64,000 bases of DNA. Origin: Monocercomonoides exilis PA203 (Eukaryota; Protista; Preaxostyla). Under the pieces are notes generated by a model. The model ran no database searches, was not told the origin of the DNA, and was given only the letters and a program-made list of their open reading frames with translations. The stretch's first letter is position 1, and the number at the start of each line of letters is the position of its first letter. Where the stretch lies: positions 620,001 through 684,000 of the forward strand of contig LSRY02000003.1 in NCBI GenBank assembly GCA_001643675.2. The letters run 5' to 3'. Of the stretch, positions 11,263-24,400 are shown in pieces. Made by a program: the position numbers and the translations under genes.

Positions 11263-13921
11263 ATGGAATATTTTACTGGAAGAGTTGGGCGTTTTCCTTC
11301 TTTGACAAGAAGAAAACAGTTTGAAAGAGAAGTTGTTGAATGTATGATATATCTGCAATTATTTTATGCGGACATTAAATAATTTTTCATTCTTAGCCAT
11401 TGTTGAACATTTTCTCAATGAAAAAATTGAAGTTCAAGTGCATACGTTTGCAGATTTATGCCAGCAAATCGTAAGCATGCAGTTTCGTGAATGTAAAAAG
11501 CACTTTCGGATTAAAATTGCAAAACAATTCGTCAAGACCATGAAAATGGTGAAAATGAGCACATGCAAAAGTATTTATTACAAGATATTGACATCATTGT
11601 GCATTGCAGGGCTTAATCATTCGAGAAAAGGAAATAATTTTATGAAAATATTCCGTCGTGGAGGAGTGATAAAGAGTCTTATTGAGAATCTGAAAGATGA
11701 AACTATTTCAATAGGAGATAGAGTTGAAGCTGGATTTCTTATTTGCTTAATATTTGTGAATAGAAAAATGAACTTAACGAATATTCGGTGGATTTGTATG
11801 GTTTTCGCAGCTTATCTTGCTGAACAAAAAAGAAATGAGAAAAAAGATGATGAGGAAATTAGAATAAGATGTTTGATAGGATATTCATTGTCATGCATAT
11901 TTTCCAACAATTGCTACGAAGAATACGTTCATTTTTATGGAATGGAGACGGAAGTCTTGAAACTCATTAACGACGAGAATTTCGAAGTTTCAATTGTTGC
12001 ATGTGCCGCAGCAAAGACACTGAAAGAAAACGTACCTAAACTCTGGGAACGCGCATGTGGAGATAAAGGTGAGCGTTTCGAAAAGCGCATCGAAGAGGTT
12101 GACTTTCGGGTACGAATGGGTGAAGCTGAAGAAATTTCTTCTTCTTCTTCTTCTTCTTCTTCTGCTTCTGCTTCTGCTTCTGCTTCTGCTTCTGCTTCTT
12201 CTTCTTCTTCTGCTTCTGCTTCTGCTTCTGCTTCTGCTTCTTCCATGTCAACGGCATCGTCATTTCATAATTCTACTTCATCTTCCTCATTTGAACGATT
12301 TGCACTCCCAAATGTTCACATATCTTCAAAGGTCACTGAGATAATTTTGAATTTAAAAATTGATAAACAAATTGATGTTAGCAATATACTTGAAGCTGAG
12401 GAGTGTAAATCTCGCTCGTTTTCAGAGCTGTGTACTTTAAGTTCGACTGTGCTTCTTTCATCAGACTCAGACATTCCAGCAAACGTGAAACTTGCTGATT
12501 TCCCCAAAAATCCTGATGCTAAAGAAAAAACGAGCACTTTCATAATATCATCTTCAGCATCTTCATCTTCAACTTCATCGTCTTCTTCTTCATCTTCATC
12601 TGCATCAGCCTCAGCAGCGACAAGCAGCACCACAACGCCTGATTTTTTGGGTATTGATTTCAACGAAAGGATGAGATGGCTTCACACAAGCATTCACACT
12701 GTATGTGAACAGCATTGCCATGGGAACACAGTGAATCTGACTATTCCCAGGGAAAATATGATGGACGTCGCAATGAAGAAGGTTATGAAGATGAGCAAAC
12801 GAGAGCAGATGTCGCACTGGGAAATCCACTACCAGTCTGAGCCTGGACAGGATGCCGGAGGTCTGTTTAGAGAGTTTGTTACGATCGTAATGAGCGATCT
12901 ATGCGATGTTAGGCGGGGCATTATGGAATGCGTTACGGACTTGACAACCTCAAAAGCAGGAAGCGACTCGCTGATTTTGAGGAAAAGAGAGACTGTTAGC
13001 AGTGAAGATCTTTTGTTATGCAGATTTATGGGAATGATGATAGCCAAGGCTCTGAAAAAAAAAGTCACTTTGCCTGTGAATATCAATGAACTATTTTTCA
13101 AGCAGCTGCTTCGTTCAGGCTATGCGGATTCATCTTCTTGTGCTTCTTCTTCTTCTTCTTCTTCTTCTTCTTCTTCGCTGCCATCAACTTATCCCATTGA
13201 GGAAATGCTGGAGGATCTGTCGCTTATATCTGCTGATCTGCGTTCGTCACTGATGTACATATTGACGTGTGATTCAGAATCAATACTTTCCTCGATGGAC
13301 ATGAAGTTTGTGACAACTCTTGACGACGAGTATGGCTCGCGGGAGATTCCGCTTGTACCCGGAGGAGAGAACAAGACGGTGACAATGGAGAACAAAGAGG
13401 AGTTTGTCGGGCTGACGTGCCTTGCGCATCTGGTGTGGGGAACGGAGCAGCAGATGGAGGCTGTGCGGGTAGGGTTCAACGAGATAATTCCGTTGAAGCT
13501 TGTGAAAAGGGCAATAACAGGAGAGGAGCTGGCGGAATGTTTGTGTGGCGATGGTGTTGTGTCAGTTTCCGAATTGAAGGAAAACAGCGTTTTGAGAGGC
13601 TGGGGTTCTGATGAACCGAAGGAGATACAGTGGCTGTATGAGATTGTGGAGGAGATGAGTGAAGAAGAAAGGGCAAAGTTTTTGACTTTCGTGACGGGAT
13701 CTCCGAGGATTCCACGGGGCGGAATGAAAAACTTGATTGGCATGGGAGAATCAGTTGAGCATCTGGTTTTGGAAAAGGCACACGGAAAGAAAGATGCACT
13801 CCCAACAGCACACACATGCTACAATGAGCTTGACTTGCCAGAGTATTCGACAAAGACGATGATGGAGACTTTCCTTATGACAGCTGTTCTGGAAGGTTGC
13901 TATGGATTCGGTTTTGGGTGA
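11263..13921 (+). CDS. HECT-domain E3 ubiquitin ligase with a helical, ARM-like N-terminal region. Exons 11263-11341 and 11397-13921; true 5' end unresolved.
   Basis: HECT motifs: LTIPRENMMDVAM, YQSEPGQDAGGLFREF, EIPLVPGGENKTVTMENKEEFV, ERAKFLTFVTGSPRIPRGG, catalytic LPTAHTCYNELDLPEY, and C-terminal GFGFG with the -4 Phe. The tracked ATG at 11366 lies inside a probable 55-nt intron (GTATGA 11342 ... TTCTTAG 11396, phase 1). Confidence 0.93.
12137..12244 (+). repeat. Coding (TCT)n/(TCTGCT)n repeat encoding a poly-S/(SA)n linker
   Basis: Read directly; encodes SSSSSSSSASASASASASSSSSASASASASASS. Confidence 0.95.
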
Positions 13922-15407
13922 GTGAAAAAAGAAGAAGAAGAAGAAAGAAAGAAAATAACGAACGATGTTGTTACAATTGGAACATAAACGTCAGAAACAG
14001 CAAATGAAGGATGAAAAAGAGAATAAAGAAGACTTTGTCAACATTATTTTGAAAAGATGTTATTTGATGAGTTATCAAATATTTTTGTATGTTATCGATA
14101 TGCGTAATTTTTCTTATTCTTTTTCTTATTCTTTTTCTAATTCTTTTTCAACTTCTTTTTTTCGTTTTTTTCTTATGAATCAAACTGCTTAAAACTTGTT
14201 TTCCGAGTATTTTTTTTGAATGTTTTTATGATTTCTATAAATGCAATTTTTATGAATTTGAATGTTGTCTTTCAACATATTTGTGATGATGATGATGAAA
14301 ACAAGTTTATTTGTAAAGTTCCAAATATTTTTTTAGTTTATTATTTCAACAATCGGGCATGTTGTTTGTAATCGTTGTGACGGATTGTTGATATTTTTTA
14401 AAAATTGAAATCATTCGATTATTAGTATTTTATATATCGAATTCTCCCTTTTCATTTTCGATTTTATTTCCTTTCATTCCGGATTGTTTTTATTTTAAGT
14501 TTGATGACATTGGCATTTTGTGTTAGAAGTATTCACTTCATTGATGTTTTCATAAATCTTATTGAATAAAAAATAAAAATAAAAATAAAAAAATTTTTTT
14601 ATTAAAAAACTTTGTGAACAACAACAATATTACTCATATTTAATGGAGATGCAAGCTCATGTTCAGAGGATAGCATTAAAACATAGAAATTTTTTGAATT
14701 CTTTTTTTTTCCTGATTCCATCAACAATGTGAATGAAACTGTTTGAGTTAAACTGTTCTTCGAAATCATCTCCAATCCTTTTCTTCTTTTCCGTTTTCAT
14801 AATAAAGGCAACTGTTTGATGAAGATTTTGCAATTCAGACAAACTGCTTTGAATCAAACAGAGAAGGAAGCTTCTAAATCTACTGTGAAAGGAAAGAATG
14901 AAAAAAAAAATTGATTTGCATCCGTTTCACTTGTTTTCTTCCTCTTTGTCAATCTCAACTGGAGAGCATCTGAATTGTTTATCAATCCACAATGAACTAA
15001 GATTGTTGAAAAGAACACACTGAAAATCAAAAGAGGAAGTGAGGTCGTAAAATCCATTTAAAGCAAAGAAGAAGAACATTGATGGATGAAAAATTGTGAA
15101 GAAAAGGGAGAGAATATCAATTTCGTTAGTCTGCAATGATTACTCCTTCTGCTATGCAAATTAAAAAGTTTATGAGATTCAAACCTTTCGTTTGATTAAT
15201 ACAAAATCGAGATATCATACAGATGAGCAGGGTGGAAGAAATGAAAAAGGAACAAATAATGAATAGAAGCATTGAAATGGGTCATTTGTTCTAAAGGAAA
15301 GGCAGAGAAGAAGAGAAAGAAGGAATAAAAACAATTCTTAGAACGACCTCCTCTTGTTTTGATTCGTTTTCGTTTCGTTAATCAAAAAAGTTAATTTTTA
15401 GAAGAAT

Positions 15408-15570
15408 TTGACAGCTTTCATTTTTTCTTTCAGAGAAGCCTGCTCAAAATCGAACGTTCTTCAAAGATTATTGAAACTTCAAATGCTCATCAAAACAGGA
15501 AAGACTGAAGACGATAAGTTGGCAAATCTGTCGGAGGGATGCTTTCTGGTGATGAACGATCCCCATTTTC
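15408..15570 (+). pseudogene. Possible decayed fragment related to the multicopy family at 16179-17500
   Basis: SNVLQRLLKLQMLIKTGKTEDDKLANLSEGCFLVMND weakly resembles SLLCRRFERMIVDEDKKKKEDKNEKLMIDLCECYMFHYD. Confidence 0.3.
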
Positions 15571-16178
15571 TAAGAATAATAGAAATCTCATATTTCATAA
15601 ACTTATAATATATATATATATTGAGATTTTCTAATATATATTCCAATGATTTGTGCAATGCCTGTTGGAATAGTCTGCATTCTCGAGAAGTTTTTGAATC
15701 GTTTTATTTCAATGTGATTTTGCAGTTGCGTATTGGGCAAACAATTCAGTTTTTCATTCACTTTTGTGACAAAAAAAGAAAATCATTCCAGAAACTATTC
15801 CAAACTGAAGATTCAATTATTGTTCCAATTTCATTATTTTTCATTTCTTTCTTTTTTTTTTTGATCTGAAAATTCCTTTTATTCCATATTTTTTTTGTAA
15901 AATCGTTCGAGATTTTTGAAATTTCAAATGGAAGAACAAATGAAAACAGAGCCGAAAGAAGTATGCTCATTTTTTTGAATGGGATTTAACTTCGTTAGCA
16001 ATTGTCAACTATCTTCCCTTTTGTGAAATGATTTCAACAATTGTGGTTGCTTGATGACTACGATTCAATTTGGGATTTGTGAAAGGCTTCACTGACAGTG
16101 AAATACACAGAATTGCAGTCATTGTTAAGTTTGAATTCTCGTTGAATTAAATTTCTTTTCTATTCAATTTTTTCAAAG

Positions 16179-17500
16179 ATTCGCTTGTCGAATTGAAACA
16201 AAGTTCTGCAACTAAACAAAAGGTTGTAGTTGAGAAAATGGATGAACTGATGAAGGACATCAATCAAGAAGAATTCACATTTATTTTCACAACTGAAATG
16301 ATGGATAAAATAGATAAAATGATTGAAGAAAAGAAAATCACTCTTGAAAATGCTCTTTGGCTGTTGAAGTGTGTTGGACAATGCGAAGTGCTTAAAATAT
16401 TGTGGAATGGCTCTTTTTATTTTTCTTTGCTGTGCAGAAGATTTGAGAGGATGATTGTCGATGAAGATAAAAAGAAAAAAGAAGATAAAAACGAAAAGCT
16501 TATGATTGACCTTTGCGAGTGTTATATGTTTCACTACGATCGAGATTTATCAGAAATTCTTCCTATTATCTTGCCTTGTGTTCTGAATGTTGCATTAAAG
16601 AAAGAGGAAAGCGAAGAAACTCTGAAAGAAGTCGAAATTGCGTTGTTAGCAATAAGTTGCACTGGATATTGGAGGGCATGAACGTTTCTATTTTGTTTTT
16701 GACGCAATTGGATTATTTTTCTCGTTTTTGTGCAGAAAATGCAAAAAGAACTGTATTTGAACGAAATCAAAGAGATCGTCCAATATCATCAGGAACATCA
16801 CAATCTGACACCGCTTGCATATCAATCTACTTGGAAATTTTTGATAACCAGATTATACAAAGACAAAAGCTTGAGTGAAGTTTTTGTGAATGAACTGCAT
16901 TTTTCGAGGGAAGCAGCAAGAGAATTAGAAGAACCTGAAAAGCATGTTGATTGGAAGATAAAGGAAAACGAAATGAAAAAAACAAAAGAAGTGAAGGAAA
17001 TATCGAAATGGATTGAAATGGTTGATGACTTTTTTGAATATTCTGAGCAATGGAATGACGAATGTGTTGTGCTTGTTCGTTGTCTCTCCAAGCTGTGCGT
17101 CATGGCAAGAGAGAATTTCAAAGCAATAGTCATTGAATATTGCGAAATATTTTCTTCCATCATATGTAGCCAGCCAGTTTTGGCTGTTGCGAATGATGTA
17201 TTGAAAGGCGGGGTATTTGATTTCTTTATGGAGGAACTCTGTCATTCAACAGTTGAACACGACGTTATGCGTTTTTGCTTGAATTTCTTTTATGAACTTT
17301 CGGAAACATTCAAAGAATATTCATTCTTAGGAGATAATAGCGAAGAGTGGAAGCAAATAAAAAGAATGACATTTAAAAAAATGGAAGAAAAAGGATACGA
17401 AAGTCTCTTCACCAGCTTTTATGGAGTGATTTCTTTCATGAATCACGAAGATTGTGAAGACAATTCTTTACATATGGCTGACTATTTTGTGAATGCTTAA
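16179..17500 (+). CDS. Member of a lineage-specific multicopy alpha-helical protein family of unknown function. Exons 16179-16675 and 16736-17500, with a probable upstream exon ending at 16128.
   Basis: The ORFs at 16193 and 16730 are joined in phase 0 by intron 16676-16735. An upstream intron is likely at 16129-16178 (GTTTGA..AAG). Motifs FTTEMMDKIDKMIEEKKITLENA, NEKLMIDLCECY, VALKKEESEETLKEVEIALLA, QEHHNLTPLAYQSTWKFL and ELHFSREAAREL recur as decayed copies elsewhere in this window and match a large family I recall from Monocercomonoides. The ATG at 16054 is one base out of frame with this exon. Confidence 0.75.
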
Positions 17501-17894
17501 GGAAATCAAGTTCATTGAGCTATGCAACTCCAAAAATTAATTTACCATTTTTGCCTCTTTTCACGAAACCAAAAAAATGTTATTTCAAGTTAACAAAAAA
17601 GCCATTTTATCTTCACTTCAAAATGAAATGAAATAACAAAAAGATAGAAAGATAAAGTTGTTTTCCAGACTTTTCAATTTTCTTCAGAACAAATTTTAAT
17701 AAAAGGTTTAGTTATAAAATTTGAAGTCAATAAATATTCATCAACAACCACGATTATTTATTTTGATATTTCCAAATTTGGTGCTTGATTGAAAGCACAA
17801 GTATTTCAAGAACAATTACCAGCTAAAATCAAAAGAAAAAATCAGAATGTTTTCATTCATTGTTCTTTTAAATCAACATGAACATAATTACTCC

Positions 17895-18051
<157 letters not shown>

Positions 18052-18432
18052 TTGGTTCGGGTTTAGCACCATGGATCGGCTTTGGCATTGACCGTCTTTG
18101 TGTTTTTTTTTTTTTTTTCTTTTTCTTTTTTTTTTTTTCCTTGAATCTCTTTCAATGGATAAAGGCTGAAATACAACGTTTTCGCTTCTTCTAAATTGTT
18201 TTTCTCATCACAAAACTTCCATTCTACAAAATGAATTTAAAATGTGTGATTATTTTTCTGTTTTTCTTTTGCAATCAAGAAAAAACAAGTTGTTTTCAAA
18301 TCACAAAAATGCAAATTAAGAAATAAATAAATGAACAATAAAGTGAAAAATACTAAAAATTTAGTTTAAAAGTGATATGAAAACGAAAACTAGATATAAA
18401 TACAAATACAAGAATATTCCTTCATAATAATT

Positions 18433-21400
18433 CTACTGAAATAGCATTTCAAATTGCTTTGAACAGCTTAATGAGGAGAATTTTGCCTCCTGAGCTTTCA
18501 TTTGGGCTCCAGACGTCTTTTCAAACGCGAGCTGGCTCTGAAAAGGAGCAGAGTGCTTGTGGCTCAGCGAATATGATTGCTTGTGAGAAGCCAAACTCGC
18601 ACCCAAAATCGATGCCAGCGTTCGCACGCAAACAGGAAGCGAGGCATACGGACTGTGCATCGATAGCGACGGAGGCCCAAACGATGGAGACAAGAAATAG
18701 CCAGAAGAAACACGATCGCAGCTGTCTGGCCCAAGAAGAGGAAGCGAGAAAAAGTATTCACGATTGTTGCCGAGCACTTGCGGTTGCATAGGATAAGAGC
18801 ACCCTTTGCCAGACTGGGTAGAGGAGTCGCTCTCTGACCGCGGGGATCCAACAGATGTGACTGAGGAGCGTGTGGAAAGAGAAGGCGAGTGGCTTTTCCG
18901 ATTCTGCTGAAGAGGAGACGCACGATCGCTCTGCGCTGCAGAAAGCGGAGTTGGCTGAACTTCTCTTAAGTTGAGAACTCCTCCGCTTGTATTATCCATC
19001 ACTGACTGTGTCATTGATTGCTTTTGATTTCTTGTACATTTAACGTCTCTCCATATCCAATACCTTCGTAATTGAGCTAAAATATTATAAGCAACAGGAT
19101 GCACCATCGGTGAACGATTTGCTGACAGCAGCTCTGTTTGAACTTTTGCCATCTGCCATTGCATGGCCTTTGATTCAGTATTTTGATACATGCGCTGAGC
19201 TCCTCTCCCTGCCATATCTGGCTGCAACAAAGGCATCTGCGTTGAAAACGCCGACGAAGCATTCGAAGCTTTAAGCTGACGAACGAGATCAAATGAAGCC
19301 GATTGGCTGTCGCTTGATGCTTCCTCTTGTGAAAATGTTGAGCTTTGAGATTCGCCCGAGAGTGGAGTTGTGAACAATATGAGATGATCCATCCAGCACA
19401 ATCCCTTTGATTGGATTGATTCTGCTTCATATTGTCTGCTTCGTTGATACCCTCTTTTTGCAGATGATGAAGAATTCTGTTGCCCTTGAGAAGAAGAAGA
19501 AGAAGAAGAAAGAGAGGGCCACAACGGAATGAGAGAAAGCAGCTCTTCAGAAAAGAAGGCATTCATCGCAACAGACACCAATGCACCAAGTGGAATCAAG
19601 CTCACTTCATCTGGTTGCGTTGAAAGACAGCGATGCTCAAACAGAATTGACTCATCCAATTGCAATGCCTTCCCTTTCTTTGTTGGATGGCGAGCACAGT
19701 TGCTGTTTGCTACCGATGTCGAGTTGCTTGCACTTGCATCCATTTGCTGAGGAAGAGCCTGCGAATTACTCGAATAAGAAGCTTTCTTTCCTTCTTTGCC
19801 AACTAGTGCACCATCTTCACAGACACCACGCTGTTCTCGCTTGTCTGCAGACATGCCTTCGCTTTCTAGTAAATCAGAAAATGATATTTTCTGGATGACT
19901 GCCTCTGGTGTTCCGAGAACAACGCCCTGTGACATAGGCGCAGAAGATATTAAAGCAGGAGAATGAGAAGGAGTGACACTTTGCAAGAAAGCGCTCATTT
20001 TCGCATTTCCTCCTTTCTTCTTTGTTGTTTTTGAGGCCTGCGCTGCACCAAAAGCATGTTGAACACTTCCCTGTGTGCCTGAGAAGGCAAACGAAGAAAA
20101 CCTCGATTTCTTCTTTTCTCTGTCATCGTCACCTGAATAGTGCCGATCGTGCAGCGAGACTTGCCCGTTCCCAATCATCATCTGTTGCAGGACGCTGTGT
20201 GCAGTTGACAGGACAGAAGTTGGAAGAATAGATGTGTTCGCCTGGCACTTGATGTTGAATGGATTCGTAGAGTTTGTAATGGAATGAGTGTAAAACGCAT
20301 CTGAAGATGTCGATGAAAGCGAAAACGAGCCAAGCGAGATGAGTGTGCCTGGATCCAGCGACAACGAGCGGTGCATTGCCATATCCAGCACACGATACGC
20401 AGACAGTCTGAGTGGCGAGTTGATAAACGACGTGATCGCAGAAAACAGATCAGCAGCAATGGGAAGGCGCAGTGCAGATCTCTTTGGAGGCACAACCACA
20501 TTCAGGAAGAGATGATACAACAGTCGAAGAAGGGCGCTGTTGTGTGTTTGTGGCCCGTCCTTCAGAAGGCGATACCACACAGTTAGAATAATCTGATCAG
20601 TCGGTGGCACAAACAGCTCCAGAAGCGGCTTCATCAGATCGTTCAGGAAGGATTCACCATCTGTGTGCTCTCCAGTCGCATACCGAAGAAGCGCCTTGCC
20701 TATTCGTACCTGTCCGAGTGTCAGTGCAAACACAGCAAGTTTCACTGCAAAGAAGCAAGCCTCTTCGTACTCCACTGAGGCTGATTGGGATGGTGGAATA
20801 AGAAGAGACTGATAGCAGGTGTAAGGCAGGCACATCTGATATGAAGGTGATTTGGGCTTGTTCACAGGAGTAGAAGAAGAAAGAGGAGAAGCAAAAGAGG
20901 AAGACATTGCATCCGAATAAGCACTTGAAGAAGAAGAAGAAGAAGAAGAAGAAGATGTTGAGAAACGGTTTTGAGGAAATGACGTTGACAAAGAAGATCC
21001 TTGTTGAACAGCTGCTGCATGATTTGCAGAGATACGCGATGCATTCGGGTTTATTTGCATCTGACTGTTCTTTTTCAGCTTCAAAGTCTGCAGAGTTGTT
21101 GAAGGAAGTGCACGCATCACAAAGCCAGGCGAAAAACAGGTCAGCGAATTGGTTTCGCCGAATGCCTTTTGAGACTGCGAGACAACTGTCGTGATGTCAC
21201 TCACAAAAAGAGGCGGTTTCTGTTGAATGTTTGAATGCGTTCCTGAATTAGAGGATGAATTGTCATTGAATTCATTCGAAGAAGAAGACGAATAATTGAA
21301 AGAGGAAGTTGGTGCATTTCCAGCAATATTTGTACAAACGTTCTCTGCTATAGAACTTGAACTGCTGGATGTTCGCAGTTGTTGTACTTGGAAATTACTC

Positions 21401-24400
21401 GATGCTTCCTCTTCTCCTGTTACGAGACCAGTAAAATGATGCATCAGCAGCGGAGGAGGCGCCTCCAACGCAGACCGCCTCGGAGCTTCAGAAAAGCGCT
21501 TGCTGTCGACATTCAGCAGGGAAGGAATCGAAGACGTTGCTTGCGCAGAAGCTCTCAGAGAGCTCTGCTGCATGACTGTCACTGGAGTCATCCCTGGCTC
21601 CCGGCCGAGTGTCAGTCCGTCGCTCAGCATCTTCAGAGGCGCTTCGTTGTCGTCCACGACTTCATCCAGCCACACGTCTGTCAGTTTCTCTCTGAGACGC
21701 TTCTGCTCAACGATGAACAGCGAGTTCAGCCCATCGCCTGTGTTTGCAAGCGGCGATACATAATCAAAAGATGATGCAACGCTGCATCTGCTGCTTGCTG
21801 TGACATCTGCTCCGACAAGAGGATTGGTGAATTGATGATGAATAGATTGCTTTGAACTCGAAGACAATGCACTCTGCTTCTTTTGAGAGGAAGAGGATGA
21901 TGAAAGAATGGAAGAAGTGGTGATCATTGATGACAAAGCAGGTGACGCAGCAGAATGAGAAAGCGTCTTGTGTCGTGTATGATGCACTCCATGTTTGTGC
22001 TTTGCATGCAATGCGTAACGTGGGAGATCAGCATTCGCATCGCATATTTCTGACTCCATGTCCGAGTCTGCATTGATAGAATCTGTGCTATCTCCGTCTG
22101 ATTCATCTCCAAACACTTCCACAGATTTGTTACAATCGTCTTCCTCCAGTGAAAGTGCAGCCACTCCGTTCTGAATGTCCTTCGCTGTGCCTGGCTGGAG
22201 CTCCTTGAAACGAGGCTGCACCGTCCGCTTATTTGACGCACGAAGTATTTTGCGATAGTCGCATCCTACTGTCTGAGACAAAGGAACCAAATTATCAGCA
22301 GCACTCACAACGTTCGATATGACCAGCCTTTCCAAAGCACCAAGCAGAAACGGAAGCAATGCAGAAACTAACACAGCAAGCGATGCATTCGTTGCCTGCC
22401 CAAACACCACAGAAGCGACATTGCGTTCACACAGAATCAGCAGCAGAGATCTCGAAATGCCTTCCGTTGCCTTATGCAGCAGACCTCTCAGAATCAATGG
22501 GCACAGACCACAGTACATACCACCCCATCTGGTTGAATCGACAAGCAGCGAAGAAGTGCGGAAGAACAGAGCGCGAGCAGATTCATCTCCAAGCAAAGGA
22601 ATAACACGGCGCAGGAAAGTGTGCAAGCAGCGAGCGCTCCAAAAGAAGACATGAACAAAGTCCGAACGGAGTAAAGAAATCAGCGCCCAGCAAACAGCCG
22701 GCGAAGACAAAAGCAGAACAGCTGGGAGAAAGCGCAGAAGGCATTCAATTGTGATGAGATTCTCTGTGACAAGTGAGAGATTGGCAAATGTTGGGAAAGT
22801 TAAGCATCGAAGCACCTCAAACAGAAGGGCAAAGACATCGTCCACCATTATTGAACGAGGAAGGAGCGAAGAACTGAGAGAGAAGAGAAGAGAACGGAAG
22901 ATGTGGTGTGAGCGGGAAGCAGCATGAACATCGCGTGTTGTGAGTGCAGAATGGAAGGCAAAGCGCATCCAATGCAGAGTGAGTGCGTATCTTTCTGCAT
23001 CGCATTTTGTGACGCCTTTGACAAGTGTAATTGCAAATGCACCGACTTTTCCTTCGGAAGGTGGAGGCATATCTGGCAAAGGCAGCTCGTATGGCCAGGC
23101 TCTTTCACCAACACGAGGCAGGCTCTGTTTCAGATGAGCAAAAGAAGAGTGCAAAGGACGAGGAGCAGAAGGAGGCGGGGCAAATGTGTTTATCAGGCGC
23201 CCAATCAAAGTCGTGGCAGAGGCCGCAACTGGAGAAGATGCATCCAACCGTAGAACGCATGAGTGGATGATTGGAATGAATGCCTTGTAGAGAACAGTTG
23301 GGAATGTTTCAGCCAATGTGGAGAGCAACGTGACAGCACAGTCAGCGTGATTATTAGCTGCATCGAACGGAGATGATATCACATGCATCTCCATCGATAG
23401 GGCAAACGCGATAATTGCTGAAGTGGAAGGGTTCGAAGCGATGTTGTTTGCGTTGTTCTTTTTCAGCAGGCTCAGAGGAAGCGGTACATCACCATAGAAA
23501 CCCAATGGAGTTGAAGAGAGCGGATTAGGAAAAGCATACGGCCACATTGTTGGCATCCTGAAGGAGAGCGAGGAGCCGATCGAGATAAGATCCTTCAGCA
23601 ACAAGGAGATGAAGCGAGAAAGCTGAGGATCAGAATCAAATGTGCTGCCAAGGAAGTGACGAGGGATGGATGTGGGAAGAAGCAATCGAAGTCTTTTTGT
23701 TGAAGGAACAGATTGCTTTTTGTGAGAAGTTTTGTGCTTCTTCGTCTTGGAAGACATTTTTTGGTGATGTTTCTTCTGTTCTGGTATCTTCATTTTTGTT
23801 ACTTGATAAGACTTTTTCGAATAATCTTTGGTTGCGTTCTGTTTTCTCTCCATCGTTGGCGAAAGAGACTTTGCCGGATGAATGAAACGTTGGAATGTAT
23901 TACTCGAATCCTTTCTCAGTGCCATGTTAGCATTTGAGAATTCACCTCCTGCTGCTGCTTCTGTTTCATTCAGATTTGACTGAGGAAACATCGATTGGAA
24001 GTCGAATTCGGATGAAAGCACAGGCAGCGCAATCTGAGTCTTGGATCGAATGTGCTTGACCAACCGCGCTTTTTGAACAGGAATGGAAGATAGCGAATTA
24101 GTTGTGATTGTGGAAGTAACAGGCGCATTTTGGAATACAGAAGGAAAAGCAGTTCGTGGAATAGCTTGCATACGGCGAGTGACTGACTGTGCCATTTGAA
24201 CTCTGCGTTCTTGCTTCACCCGCTCTTCTTCTTCCTTCTGCTTTCGCTCGTATTTCCTGTGAAGATCACCGCAGATCGCTAAAATGAAAGACGGCACCGA
24301 GAAAACAAAGTCAAGAGTCTTCAAATCTTCCAGCATTGAATTCACTTCTTCGTGTGAAATTGTCTTTCTTCCATCTTTTTTCTTCTGCCGTTTCGCACCG

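Noticed and set aside
14340-17790. Possible inverted repeats flanking the intact family gene (about 14370 versus 17745)
   Set aside because: Only patchy AT-rich similarity, not distinguishable from chance by eye.
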